DNA of 64,000 bases from Centroscyllium fabricii (Eukaryota). The notes under the pieces were generated by a model. It did not search any database. It saw nothing but the letters and a program-made list of their open reading frames with translations, and had not been told where the DNA came from. The first letter of the stretch is position 1. Each line of letters starts with the position of its first letter. A program made the translations under genes and the position numbers. Location of the stretch: the NCBI GenBank assembly GCA_051313645.2, contig JBNRSN020000007.1, positions 220,658,001 through 220,722,000 of the forward strand, read 5' to 3'. Below, piece by piece: positions 24,834-38,412 of the stretch.

Positions 24834-25780
24834 CATAGAAACATAGAAGATAGGAGCAGGAGTAGGCCATTCGGCCCCTCGAGCCTGCTCCGCCATTCAA
24901 TGAGATCATGGCTGATCATCCAAACTCAGTACCCTGTCCCTGCCTTCTCCCCATATCCCTTGATCCCATTAGCCTTAAGAAATACATCCAGCTCCTTGAA
25001 TATATTCAATGAACTAGCCTCCACTGCCCTCTGTGGCAGAGAATTCCACAGGTTCACCACTCTCTGGGTGAAGCAATTCCTCCTCATCTCAGTCCTAAAT
25101 GAGTTACCCCTTATCCTTAGACTATGACTCCTGGTTCTGGACTCTCCGATCATCGGGAACATTCTTCCTGTTTCAAGTTTGTCCAGACCAGTTAGAATTT
25201 TATAGGTTTCGATGAGATCCCCTCTCAATCTCTAAACTCCAGAGAGTACAAACCCAGTCTATCCAGTCTCTCCTCATACATCATTCCTGCCATCCCAGGT
25301 ATCCGCCTGGTGAATCTTCTCTGCACTCCCTCCATGGCAAGAATGTCCTTCCTTGGATAAGGAGACCAAAATTGCACACAGTACTCAAGGTGTGGTCTCA
25401 CCAAGGCCCTGTACAACTGCAGCAAGACCTCCCTGTTCCTGTACTTGAATCCTCTCGCTATGAAGGCCAACATACCATTTGCCTTCTTAACCGCCTGCTG
25501 CACCTGCATGCTCACCTTCAGTGACTTGTGCACAATGACACCCAGGTCTCGTTGTGCTTCCCCTTCTCCCAATCTATTGCCATTCAGATAATAGCATTTC
25601 TGTTTTTGCCCCCAAAGTGGATAACCTCGCATTTATCCACATTATACTGCATCTGCCACGTCTCAGCCCACTCGCCCAACCTGTCCAAATCATCCTGGGG
25701 CTTCCTGGTATCCTCCTCGCAGCACACACGCCCTCCGAGCTTTGTGTCTTCTGCAAACTTGGAGATATTACATTTAGTGA
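24834..25780 (-). mobile_element. CR1 LINE, 5'-truncated
   Basis: ORFs 25225-25632 and 24926-25228 encode the CR1 RT C-terminus. Confidence 0.9.
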
Positions 25781-27229
25781 TTTAAGCAGCTGCTTGTTGT
25801 AGAAAGCATACGTCGGCCCTTATGCCGATTCATCCTATGATCACTAGTCATTTGTTAAATGTACTTTCTTGAATGGATCAGTGTTACACCTGAACTTGTA
25901 ATTGTTGCTAGTGACTGTTTATCTACCAGAGGTGTGTAGCTTTAATTTGCCCACTGTTAAATTAATGGTCTCTCTAAGATTGTTTATTGCCATTTCCTTA
26001 GACAATTTTATGCAATACAAATTGATTATTGGGTTGGAGTGCAGATTCTGCTGCCCTGGTTGAGATTTTCTAACTGCATAGACATGGATTGATTGTGGGA
26101 TATGTCTAGTATGCATAGATCAGTAATATACCTTGTGCATTACCCATCAAGCCATTAAGAGAGCCCTATATACTTCGTCTTTATTCATTTATAAGTGGTG
26201 ATATTGCATCTGTGCAGTTGCAGATCTGAGGTAAATGAAATTTGTTTTATTATAAGTAAACAATTTTTTCACATAAGGGTTACATTACTTTGAGTTCCAC
26301 TTTGGTGCACAATTTTGTGTCTTCAAAATCTTACTTTAAGACCACACTCAAATTCAAACGATGCTGTATTTCCAAATCTTCCAATCCTTCTTCCATGACT
26401 GATGTCAGGTTTCTGTTTATTTCAATGAATTAGTGATTTAAAATCACTAGGAAACCAGCTCCTTTTGTACAATGTGGTTTGAAGTTATGCTGTGATTTGG
26501 TATGTGATGGCAGCAGGACGATTTTTTGAAATACCACTGCCAAGTTATATCTTGTATTGTAGGGATTCTGTGGTAGAACTGCTGTGATGTTTATTGTCCA
26601 TTTTGGAGTGTCATTGTGGCAGCACAGGGCACACAAGTCCAGCTACTAATGATGATCTTCATTGTATTTTCAGCATGGATCCATTGATGGCTTGGTAGGC
26701 ACTGCCATTGCAGTACTGAACCACATACAGCAGAATGCCCCAAGTTTATTTCCCTGTCTGCTGAGCTTGCTGATCTCCGCTCGGATGGACAGTTTGCTAC
26801 ACCCCAGTGCCAAGAGTGGACAAAAAAAAAATCAGTCTCCTGAAATTTGTCCAGTCTCTTGCTGGAAAGTTCCGGTTTGATATCGGGGCTCCAACCCTGC
26901 CACCACCACCCCCACCACACACACAAAAAATACCGCCATTTGAATAGCTTCACAAAATTGTGTCTGGAATTCTCCCTTAAGAATGGCTACTTGATTGAGA
27001 ACCTGGAGGGCTGCAGCTATCTGTAACATACCTCAGCATGAGTGTGTTCAAAAGAGGAAAAGCAATTGTGGGGAAAGAGTGAATTGTCTTGAATTTACAT
27101 ACTCAAACATGGACTTTAAAATCAGGCTGAGGAACTATTCCAAGTCAAAAGATGTGAACTACTGTATAACATATTAACATTTCTGAACATATTACATACC
27201 TGTTCTTCAACCCTCCCTTCTTCAAAGAT

Positions 27230-28440
27230 AAACCCAGCTGCAACCCTCTGTCCTTGCAAACTAACAGCCAATCTCCAAACATTCTCTTTCATGTCCTTGA
27301 ATGGGTTGTCACTTCCCAAATCCATGCCCATCTTTCCCATGACTCCATGTTTGAATCTTTCCAATCTGGTTTCTACCCTGCCAGAGCACTGAAACCGCCC
27401 TAAGCATAGTCACAAATAACATCCTCTGTGACCATGGTGCTTCTCGAACTCTACAGCCTTTGACACAGTTGACTATACCATTCTCCTCCAACGCCTCTTC
27501 CGCTATCTAGCTGAGTGGGATGACCCTCGCTTTGTTCCATTCTTACCTATCCAACTGCAGTTGGAGCATCTCCAGCAATGGCTTCTCTTCCTGTTCCCAC
27601 ACGGTTGCCTCTGGAGTCCCCCAAGGATCTATCCTTGGATACTTCCTCTTCATCGTCTGCATGCTGCCCCTTGGCATCTTCATCCAAAGACAAAAAGTCC
27701 AGTTCCACATGTATGCTGATGATCCCCAGCTATTCTTCTCCACCATCTCTTTTGACCCTTCCACTGCCTATCTGTTGTGAAACTGCTTGTTGGACGGACA
27801 TCAGTCCTAGATGAGCCACAATTTCCTCCCGTTAAACATTGGGAAGGCCAAAGCTGTTGTCTTTGGCCCTTGCCACAAACTCTGGTACCTTCACCATCCA
27901 TTTCATCCCCCTCTCTGGTTACTGTCTCCGGTTGAATCCGATTTGTTCAAAACCCAAGCACCCTATTTGTCCCGGAGCTGAGTTTTTTGCCCCATCACAA
28001 AGACGACCTACTTCCAGCTCCATAACATTGCCCAGTCTCCACCCTTGCCTCAGCCCAACTGTTGCCGAAACCCCATCGATGCCTTTGTCACCTCCAGACA
28101 TGAGCATTCTAATGCCTGGAATCCCATCTTCAAACCTCTTAAACTTCAGCTCATCCAAAATTCTCCTGCCCGTATCCTAACCCGCACCAATTCCTATTCC
28201 CCCATCACCCTTGTGCTTGCAGATGTTAATTAGGGGACTGAAAGCAAAATTTTAAATTGTCACCCTCCTGTTTAAATCCTGCATAGCCTCGTCCCTCTCT
28301 GTTCCTCCAACTTTGGTCTCTTGTGCATCTCCCACTCCATTCACCTCATCATAGGCACATGTGCCTTCAGCAATCTACTCCATAAGCTCATGAATTGCCT
28401 CCCATACCGCTACCTCTGCGCCTTCCTTTGTTACTTTAAA
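27230..28440 (+). mobile_element. Degenerate L2 LINE RT fragment
   Basis: ORF 27520-27780 contains SYLSN..GVPQGSILG..HMYADDPQL. Confidence 0.8.
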
Positions 28441-30253
28441 GATGTATTGCATAATGTGACAAATTAATTCCATTAGTGTGTCAGAACCTCTTCCCTAACC
28501 ACCTTGTCAGTTTCTTTGGCCTTTTGAAAATTCCAATGATGCCACTGGTGCACTGTTTGCTAGGTCCCAGCAATTCATCATCTTCCCAATAGATGCAGCC
28601 AAGCAGGAGAGCGTGTTGGGCTTTGCAATATTTGATGGATTTCCTCAGGTGTAGGGGCCATCGACTATACCCACATGGCCCTGTGTGCTCCTGTACCAGA
28701 CCAAGTCCTCTATTCCAAGATTTTTTTTTAATATACCAAAATACTTCACTTCATTTGAAAGTTGTTTATATGGAACATGGAGAACTAAAAATCACTATTG
28801 TGCAAAGCCCTGGTCCCTGTCTTTTATGCGTATTCCAATGCTCTCTTACCTATTCTGGTGCTCCTACACGGTGCATCCCCAGTGGCTACAGCAATGGAGG
28901 TGGAAGGCTGCCGACTTCCATTGAAGGCACCTGAAATGACCATGGTAGACGACCTTGAGTAGCTCCATATTATCGTGCTCTCTGCCATTTGTATGAAAGC
29001 TTGCTGGCAAGCTGCCCAGTCCACTTACAAGTTTGTGCATTATAACCAACAGTTCTCTTCTGTAGGCTGGGTCCTCAAGGTGCTCATGTCTGCAGCTGCA
29101 CTCCATTGTAGCTTAGTATAAGCTGTGGAGCCAATTATATCTGGTGGTAGAATACGAAAGACTAAAGTTTCTATTTGGCATTTGAAGATGAATGTTTTAT
29201 ACAGATTGGCTGATTATGATCAGATGTTTTTCTTCAATTTTTCTCTCATTCCATCCTCTCCAAGATGTTGACTCTCACTGGCATACAGTTTCACAGGTGC
29301 CACTCCTCATCCAAGTAGCCATTGTTCATGTACGAAGCATGATGTTGAATGCTGGCAGCTTATCTGACTTTGGAGGACATCACTGCCAAATCTAATCCTG
29401 GCACCAATACATTCACTTCCAGTACAAGCTGTACAGTAATCAGGAGTGGGAACTTGGGCTGACTTTTTTTCTTCTTTCTCTCTATTCCTCCCCTCCCCCA
29501 GCTTCAAACACATGGCAATGAGGCCAATAATAACCGCACCGTCCTGGCTAAGATCACCAAACAGCACCAACCCAGTGATTACAACATCAGAAAAATCCTG
29601 GATTTATGAGGATGTAGAGATTATATGGAGTGAGGTTTTTTTCCTGTTCAATTGGGAGGAGTTGTTAAGTAAAGTTAGCTGTGAATATTGATGTGAATAT
29701 AGATTGTAATTCACTCAAGTGCACTGAGCTGCTAAAGTTTACATCAATTATTGGACAGGTAAACCAGACATTTGCTGCAAAAAGGCATTCAGCACGTTAT
29801 ACCTGCACTAGTGCCAAATCTTCAACTGAAGCATTTTGGTCTAATCCCATTCCCCATATTATCTTATATTCTTTTTCAAATAATTATCCAATTCCCTTTT
29901 GAATTATGCTTTTGTTGCTGTAGGAAAACATCCCAAGTTGTAATAACTCGGCTGTAAAAACATTTCTTCTAACTTCCCCTTTCATTTTTCTACTGATGAT
30001 CCTGAATCTATGCCTCTTTGTTGCCAATTCATCAACCAGTAAAAACCATCTGATTCCTTGCCCTCCCAAAACTTTTCATGATTTAGAAAATCTCTTTGAT
30101 TTCCCCCTTAACCTCTGCTCTAGTGTTAAATTCATTGAGCATTTCTTCCTAATTATAGCCTGTTATAACTGCTATTCCAGTGAATCCTCACTGTATTCTT
30201 TCCATGGCTTCAATATCCTTCCCAAACAGGGTTTGGCCAGAACTACACATAAT

Positions 30254-31028
30254 GGGGCCAGAAATTGCAGTGGAGCCTTTCGTGCGGGTGCAGTGCTGCT
30301 AGTTGCACTTACCAAGCGCATCTGCCGTTTTGCTTTTTTGCACTTAGTCATTCCAGTTAGCCCAGCTTGTCAGAGCTCTGTGAGCTTCATGGGCAACTGA
30401 ATGGCGTAATTAGTTCGAGGTGGCTTCTGAGACCACGTGATTGGCAGGGAGCCAATCAGTGGAAGCAATCCTCCATTTAAAACTTCCACGGAGAAATCTG
30501 TAAGTTTTGAAAGGAGAGATTACCCAAAACACATCTAAACTCAAAAATAAAATTTTAAAAACACCACATTTTTTTAACATTACTCCAACTAACATAAATA
30601 ACCAACTAACATAAATAACCTATTTTAAAGAAAAAATAAAAATTTACAGAAATTGTTTTCACCTATTAACAGGCCTAAAAAATACTTGCCTGTCTTTAAA
30701 GTTAATAATTAAAAACCTGAAAAAACAACACTTAAAATCAATAAAATACAGACGTACCTGATAAAAACGGGTCCTTACGACTCCTTTTCTCAGGCGTACA
30801 ATCTTCTGGTTTTGGTCCGTAGAAATTATTATTTTTTTAAACAGAATGATTCAGCGCACCACATACTTTGCTGGTTCCTGCGATAGCCATCGCAGGAACT
30901 CTGCCCCCCCTGCTGGCCGCCTACGGAAAGACTGAAGCAGCGCAAACGGCTGCTTCATGTGAGATTAAGCTCTGGTGCGCTCGCACCAGAGCTCAAACGG
31001 GATACGGGCAGACTGCAATTTCTGGCCC
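30254..31028. mobile_element. PHIS-type (Harbinger/Pangu-like) MITE
   Basis: TIR gggccagaaattgcagt / actgcaatttctggccc with AAT TSD. Confidence 0.8.
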
Positions 31029-32310
31029 AATATCAAGCTTTGGGTGAGCCAGTATCTTGTACAAATTCAATGTCAATTCTTTGCTTTTCTATTCAGTACC
31101 CCTTTATATAGAACCCAGAATCCCATTTACCCTTTTAACCTGCACACCCATCGTTATATGAATCTGTACCACTAGATCTTTTTGTTCCTCAGCTCTGTTA
31201 AGAGCCTTGTTGTTTAGAGTGTGGGTGTCCAAGCCACCATTGAAATGCAGACCATAGGTTTCTTTGATCTGACCTGTGAAGCTTGGTCCACAAAGCTGAT
31301 TTGAGTCCTTTCAAGCTAAAGTTCCTGTGCCCAGAGGACTGAATAAGGCTACTCTCTAATTGGTCAAAATCCACCACATCGAAAAGTCTTTATCAGTTCT
31401 CCAAGCATAGCAATTGTAAAGAGCTAAAACATTCTCTGCTACTCCCTGTGCTTATTAGTGGCCCCAATCCAATCACTCCTGCTGTCCATGTTCACAGGAG
31501 AATTTGAAAGTGGGCTTTGGGAGGGGGCAGTAAGATGGAGGGAGAACAAGAGGAGAACCAGGCTTTGGGGTTGAGGTAGAATGTAGCCAAAATGGGGGGA
31601 GAAGGGAAACTGGAACCAAAGAGGAGAAATAGTGAGTGGGGGGGGAGAGTTGGCTCCATCGCATGGTTTTGCTTGTTTTGTGTATGGGACAACCTCATGT
31701 ATGGGGGCTTGCGTTATTGTGTAATTGTAAGTGTAACAGGCCACTCTGGTTTAGACACATATCCAGCCCTCAACTCCAAATGGTTGCACAGTCCTGGTTT
31801 GATGTATCAATCGGTTCACTTTTTCCCATAATGTACTATCTCTCATTTCACTGCATTGAACTGCATCTGCAATATGCCTGTCCATCCCATTAACATGTCT
31901 ATGTCTTAGCACCATAGAATTTTACAGCACAGAAGGGGGTAATTTGCACCATCTTATCTTTGCTCGGACAATCCAAAACTGATCCCATTATCCTGATTTC
32001 ATCCCATAGCCCTGTATCTTCAAATATTTATCAAAATTTTCCTTAAAAATGCAATGGTCTTTCTTGGAGCAAGGTATTCTATGCTGCAACAACCCTCTGC
32101 ATATAGAGATGTATCCAAACCTCACCTCACTCTCTTAGTGACAATTTTAAATTGATGACTCCTTGTCACTGACTGTCCAATCAAAATAAATTGTCTTTCC
32201 CTATTCACTCTCTCAAAACTTTTCATAATTTTAAAACCTCCATCAAATCTATTAAATCTCTTAACTGCCTCTGCTTCAGTGGATGTAGACCCAGTATCAA
32301 GTCTCCTCAT

Positions 32311-34392
32311 CAATTCAATTCAATTTTATTGTCATTGCACAGACTATAATCACAGTGCAACGAAAAATGAGCTCGCAAGCTCCCAGGACATGACCTAACA
32401 GACATTGGCCGGGTATTTCCGAGCCGCGCATATCCCGTTTGAGCTCTAGTGCGAGCGCACCAGAGCTTAAACCTGCATGAAGCAGCTGTTTGCGCTGCTT
32501 CATGCTTTCCGTAGGTGGCCAGCAGGGGGGGCAGAGTTCCTGCGATGGCTATTGCAGGAACCAGCGCACCACATGGTGCTCTGCAACATTCCGTTTTTTA
32601 AAAAGATTTTCATCGGACCAAGCACACAAGATTCTACGCTTGGAAAAAGGGGTTGCAAGCATCCATTTTTAGCAGGTAAGTCTTTATTGATTTTAAATGT
32701 TTTTTCAGGTTTTTAATTATTGGTAACTTTAAAGACAGGTAGGTATTTTTGTAGGCTTGTTAAACAGTGAAAAAATTTCTGTAAATTTTTATTTTTTCTT
32801 TAAAATAGGTTATTTATGTCAGTTGGAGCAATGTTAAAACAATGTGGTGTTTTTAAAATTTATTTTTTATGTTTAGATGTGTTTTGGAACATCTATCCTT
32901 TCAAAACTTACACAGATTTCTCTGTGGAAGTTTTGAATGGAGGATTGCTTCCACTGATTGGCTCCCTGCCAATCACGTGGTCTCAAAAGAGATCTTGAAC
33001 TAATTACGCCATTCAGTTGCCAATGAAGCTCGCACAGAGCTTTGACAAGCTGGGCAACTCGGAAAGTAACAGTGCAAAAAAGCAAAATGGCAGATGTGCT
33101 GGGTAAGTGCAACTAGCAGCACTGCACCCACACGAAGGCCCCAGGGCTAATTTCTGGCCCATTAAGTTATAAATTATACAGAGTTATGGATAAATAATAA
33201 ATAAATAGATAAATGAATAAAGAGTGCAAATAGCATTTCAAAGAGTAGATGAGCAAGTGCTGGGGGGGCAAAAGGGCAGTTAATGCAGGAAGTGCGGGTG
33301 GTGGTGCCGATGGTAGACAGATTTGGTGTTGAGTGATAGAGTTCAGCTGGATAACAGCCCTAGGGAAGAAGCTGTTCCTGAGCCTGGTCGTGCGGGCGCG
33401 AATACATCTGTAGCGCCACTTTGTTTGCCCCCCTGCCATCTGTCTGTGGCTGGGGTGGGTGGGGTCCCTGATGATGCTGAGAGATTTCCGCAGGCAACGT
33501 TTCTCGTAGATGTCTTGAATATCAGGTAGCTGGGTGCCGGTGATGTATTGGGCAGTTTTGACTACTCGCTGAAAGGCCTTCCTGTCGGAGGTGGAGCAGC
33601 TGCCATACCACACCATGATGCAGTTTGTTAGGATGCTTTCTGTTTTGCAGCGGTAGCAGTTGGAGAGAAGCTGGGACGATAAGTTAACTTTCTTCAGCCT
33701 CCGCAGGAGGTATAGGTGCTGCTGAGCTTTCTTCACCAAGGAGCATGAGTTGAGGGACCATGAGAAGTTTTCCGTGATGTGGACGCCCAGGAACTTGAAG
33801 CTGCTGACCCTTTCCACCTCAGCCCCATTGATGTAGATTGGGGTGTGTCTGATGTCTTTGGACTTCCTGAAGTCTACAATGAGCTCCTTGGTCGTCTTGG
33901 TGTTGAGGGACAGGTTGTTGTTAGCGCTCCACGCCACAAGGTGTTGGACCTCTTCTCTATAGGCTGAATCGTCATTGTTAGTGATCAGTCCTATCACTGT
34001 GGTGTCATCCGCGAACTTGATGATGGTATTGGAGTCGTGAATAGGCACACAATCATGGGTAAAGGAGTAGAGGACAGGGCTCAACACACATCCTTGTGGA
34101 GCCCCGGTGCTCAGGGTTAAGGTGGTGGAGGTCAGGTTACCTAAACTAACAGACTGGGGTCTGTTCGTCAGGAAGTCCAGGGTCCAATTGCAGAGGGAGG
34201 TGTTAAGGCCTAGGGCATGGAGTTTGGTTGCAAGCTTGGTCAGGATGATGGTATTGAATGCTAAACTGTAATCAATGAACAGCATTCTGACGTCGGTGTC
34301 TTTGCCTTCCAAGTGGGTCAAAGCAGAGTGAAGAGCAGATGAAATGGTGTCTTCCGTTGACCTATTTGTGCGGTAGGCAAACTGGTGTTGAT
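32311..34392 (-). mobile_element. Rex1/Babar non-LTR retrotransposon, 5'-truncated
   Basis: ORF 33167-34321 contains [49 protein letters not shown]; (TTGAA)n tail at 32311. Confidence 0.9.
32407..33160. mobile_element. PHIS-type MITE inserted in the Rex1 3' UTR
   Basis: Reverse complement of 30254-31028, with ATT on both sides. Confidence 0.8.
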
Positions 34393-34494
34393 CTCATAAC
34401 TATAGTTTCCCATCCCTGGGATCACACTGGACACTCAACGGCTTTAATGTCTTTTCTATAATGAGTCACCATTATAGATGATATATATAGTAAC

Positions 34495-34790
34495 GGAATA
34501 TGTTTTCATTTATGGGGGAGACCAAAACTAGGGGCCAGTAGTAAATCCAATAGGGAATTCCAGGAGAAACGTCTTTATCCACAGAGTGGTTGGAATGTGG
34601 AACTCAAATAGGATAGATGCATTTAAGGAAACTAGATAAATACGTGAAGGAAAAAGGAATCGAAGAATATGCTGATAGGGTTAGATGTAGTAGCATAGGA
34701 GCATGTTTATGTGGAGCTTAAATACCGGCAAAGGCCAGTTAGGCCAAATGGCGTGTTTCTGCGCTGTATTTTCTATGTAATTGTATGTAA
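34495..34790 (+). mobile_element. Old CR1 3' fragment
   Basis: aaaactagggg..ggagaaacgtctttatccacagagtggttggaatgtggaactc. Confidence 0.65.
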
Positions 34791-35526
34791 AATTGCACAC
34801 TCTTAACTGTGGCCTAAAAAGTATTTTGTACAAATTAATAGTTACTCCTGTACGCTATACCCCTATTTCTAAAACACTGTTGACTTTTTTTTAATGTCTT
34901 TAACTATTTGTGCCCGGACCTTCAGAGAATTATATATTTAAACACCTTGGTTACTGTTTACCCACACTCTTCAGTGTCTTTCCATTAAGTGTACACTCAC
35001 ATTTCTTGTTTTCCTCCCAAAATGTATTACTTCACACTGATCCACATTAAGTTCTATCTGCCACCTGTCTGTATGCAATCTTTTATATTCTTCCAGTTTT
35101 CCATGCTCTCTAATCTAACATTAGCAGCTATCATTGATAAAATGGGGTGTTGTGTTTGCCTACGTAAATAATTCACTGGCCATGAAATGCTTTGGGCTGC
35201 CCAGAGGAGGTAACCGGTGCTATATGAATGCATGTTCTATATTTTCTTATTCTTCCTCTTTAACTGCTTACATTTTACTTAATGTTGATTAATCTGGGAA
35301 AAGAGGGGCTTGATCCACACTTGCCTGAATTTTACAGAGTTTAATTGAACAACTGAATCTTTTTGAATCAGTTGTTGAACATTTCTGATTTATAATTGAC
35401 CTCACATAATATAAATGCTTAATTTGTTATGTTGCTAGTAAGAATATCAAGAGACTGAAGATCTTCATTAAATTGAATCCTTTTAAAAGGTTTTAGAGCA
35501 TTGCCTTCCGTCAGGAAATGTCATTA

Positions 35527-35965
35527 CAGGAAACTCTCAATTTTATCGGCACCTAAATAACCGGAAATCTCTGTTAACCAGCAAAATTCAGGAGTAGGTT
35601 CAGGTAAGGTTTACTTCATATTAGTGGCCGTTCCTGGATCCGTGGCCGTGTAACCGGGGTTCCTGCACCTGTTGCTAAGCAACAGGGCCGTCTGATCTTC
35701 TGGACGGGGTTCCTGCACCTTTTGCTAAGCAACAGGGACGCCTGATATTCTGGCCGGGGTTCCTGCACCTGTTGCTAAGCTAGAAGGAAGCCTGATCTTA
35801 TGGCCGGGGTTCCTGCACCTGTTGCTAAGCAACAGGGATGCTTGGATTTGTTGTTGTGTACGGGGCTCTTGTACATTTTTACTATATCTCTCTCTAATCA
35901 GGACTTTTTGATAAACCGGCACCATGCCAGTCTCGTCGGTGCCAGATTAAAAAAAAAGTTTCCTG
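35527..35965. mobile_element. Tigger/pogo-like MITE with internal ~50-bp tandem repeat
   Basis: TA|caggaaact ... agtttcctg|TA; four units of ggggttcctgcacctgttgctaagc. Confidence 0.75.
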
Positions 35966-37326
35966 TATTAGAAATTGAAATGTATACATTAAGATGGGAA
36001 TGGGTAGTTACAGTAATTGTTGAACTGGCCATGCTCATGGTGGCAGTCTTCCATACAGGGTACTGTTTAGTTGTTGCCTGATATACTGGCAAAGATCAAA
36101 ATGGGACATGGAGGCAGTATGGAGTGACCTGGGGTTTGGAAAGAGGCAAGTAAGAAGGGACCAGTTTACTGTAATTTTCTATAAGTGGTACTGTAACTAT
36201 GTTTTTGTGTCATAGTTGCACTTTCACAGCTGACTATCTCAGTCCACATTTTACAAAAGAAAACTACCACAGATGCTGCCATTAGACCAATTAAAAACAT
36301 TGGCCTATTTGTAGAAAAAGTTAAAATTTGCTCACAAAAAATGGTTATACAAACAGCCAGCTGATGAAACTAAGGACCTTGGTACAAGTTTTATGGAACA
36401 ATCCTAAGAATGTCTCTTTGTGGACTAAAGTACCTTGAGTACATATGCCAAGTAATTGGTATTTTAGGGGTCCTGCCAATGGCAATAGATCTGACTGAAA
36501 TATGAAGCTGGCTCTCTCAATATTAATTGCAAGAAGAGCCATAATTAAAACTGAGAACTGAAAGTAGAGAGATTAGTACAAGACCTACATGTAGGGCCTA
36601 TGCTGGAAAGATCTGTTGCAGTTCTGTTCAGGAACAACTCAATGTAAGCAGTGAAAGAATCTCTGAATAAGAATGGTGACGGGCACAGTTGGTGAACCCC
36701 TATATACAATCTCAATTCTTCTCCCCACCCACTTGCTCAATCGAATATAACATTGAAACCTCCCCCTACTGACTTCCTGCTGCTGCATGGATGCAGTTCT
36801 TCCTTTCCCATAAGATGAGCTGTAATACTGGATTTTATGAATGCCTGGATCACAGATCAAAAACCTACTGTTCAAATAGGATCTTGAAGGCATTGTAAGG
36901 AAATGCATTTCTTTATGAATGGATTTGTGTACCCAGTGTGGAAACAAATACATTTTATAAAGTTATGCAAATATAGACCGACATTAATTATCAATAAAGC
37001 AATCATTCTTTTTAACATTGAACACACCACTGTACACCTCTTAATTTGAAAACTTGTCAATGTGTCTTAGTTTCAAGGAAACAATATCCCTATTAAAACA
37101 CTCTGGCATTAGAAGTTTAGCATCTTCTGATCTCCCTCTCATTTCTCTCTGGTACCTTTGGTTGGAACACAGTAAAACTGGTATCTGCAGCATTCCTCTA
37201 CCTCCAGCAAATGGCCATTCTAAACTAATTAAAAGTAAGCTGTTCACCTGAGTTAGAAAAGTAGGCTGTTCAACCAAAGGGTGGGGTGGGGGAAATCAGT
37301 GTCACAAATAGAATCTGTCCTAACAA

Positions 37327-37722
37327 GGCGGCACGGTGGCATAGTGGTTAGCACTGTTGCCTCACAGCGCTAGGGGCCCGGGTTCAAATCCAGCCTCGGG
37401 TGACTATCTGTGTGGAGTTTGCACATTCTCCCCGTGTCTGCGTGGGTTTCCTCCAGGTGCTCTGGTTTCCTCCCACAATCCAAAGATGTGCGGGTTAGGT
37501 TGATTGGCCATGATAAATTGACCCTTAGTATTAGGGGGATTGAATATGTGGGGTTACGGAGATAGGGTGGGATATGTGTCGGTGCAGGCTCGATAGGGAT
37601 ATGGGGACAGGGCAGGGACAGGGTACTGGGTTTGGATGATCAGCTATGATCTCATTGAATGGCGGAGCAGGCTCGAAGGGCCAAATGGCCTACTCCTGCT
37701 CCTATCTTCTATGTTTCTATGT
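37327..37722 (+). mobile_element. HE1/V-SINE-type SINE, full length
   Basis: A-box tggcatagtgg and B-box ggttcaaatcc; near-identical to 3122-3515. Confidence 0.88.
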
Positions 37723-38412
37723 TTAACCAGCCATCCATACTTCCTAGCAATGGTCTGTAGATATTGCTCACAAGTGAGAATCCTGGTTGATTGCTTGTCC
37801 TCCTTATCTCAGGGGTAAGGAGGCCAACTGCAACTCAAATTTAAACTTCCTTACTCTTCTTGGATCAGTAATACATCTAGTGGTGTATATGCAAACTGAG
37901 CCATAAAGAAGAACTTACATTTATATAATTACTTTTGAAGAGCATCCAGGGTTATTATGCACTGAAGTAGCAACCTAGAGTGTGTACTTAGGTCTGCAGT
38001 GGGGTTTAAACCCACAACCTTCTGATTTAGCAAGAGTGCTTCCAACTGTACCAAGTTGATTATAAGGGGATTCAGTGATTATTGTTTATGTCCTTTCACA
38101 AACAAAGAAATCACTTGACTCCTCACTGTGTGCCCTTTGCTTCCAAAGGCAACATTGAGAGTTTAATGTATTAAATCCTGAATGTACATTGATAAAAGAG
38201 CACTATAAACAGTGCAATCCTTGTGATAAGTTTATGTGTGTGTGCTTTCATAAACTGAACAAGAATCCACTTTAAACTATGCTTTCATTTCATTGTTTTT
38301 CTTTGAACTGTAGCACTTGCGAAAATGTCACAGGTGATATTTATGATCAGTGAGACTGACATAGATTGCAAACTCATTTAAAATGTGAAGCACTGTTTAT
38401 TTTTAAAGGAAC

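Noticed and set aside
37327-37400. tRNA gene
   Set aside because: It is the tRNA-derived head of a SINE and continues into the V-domain and CR1 tail.
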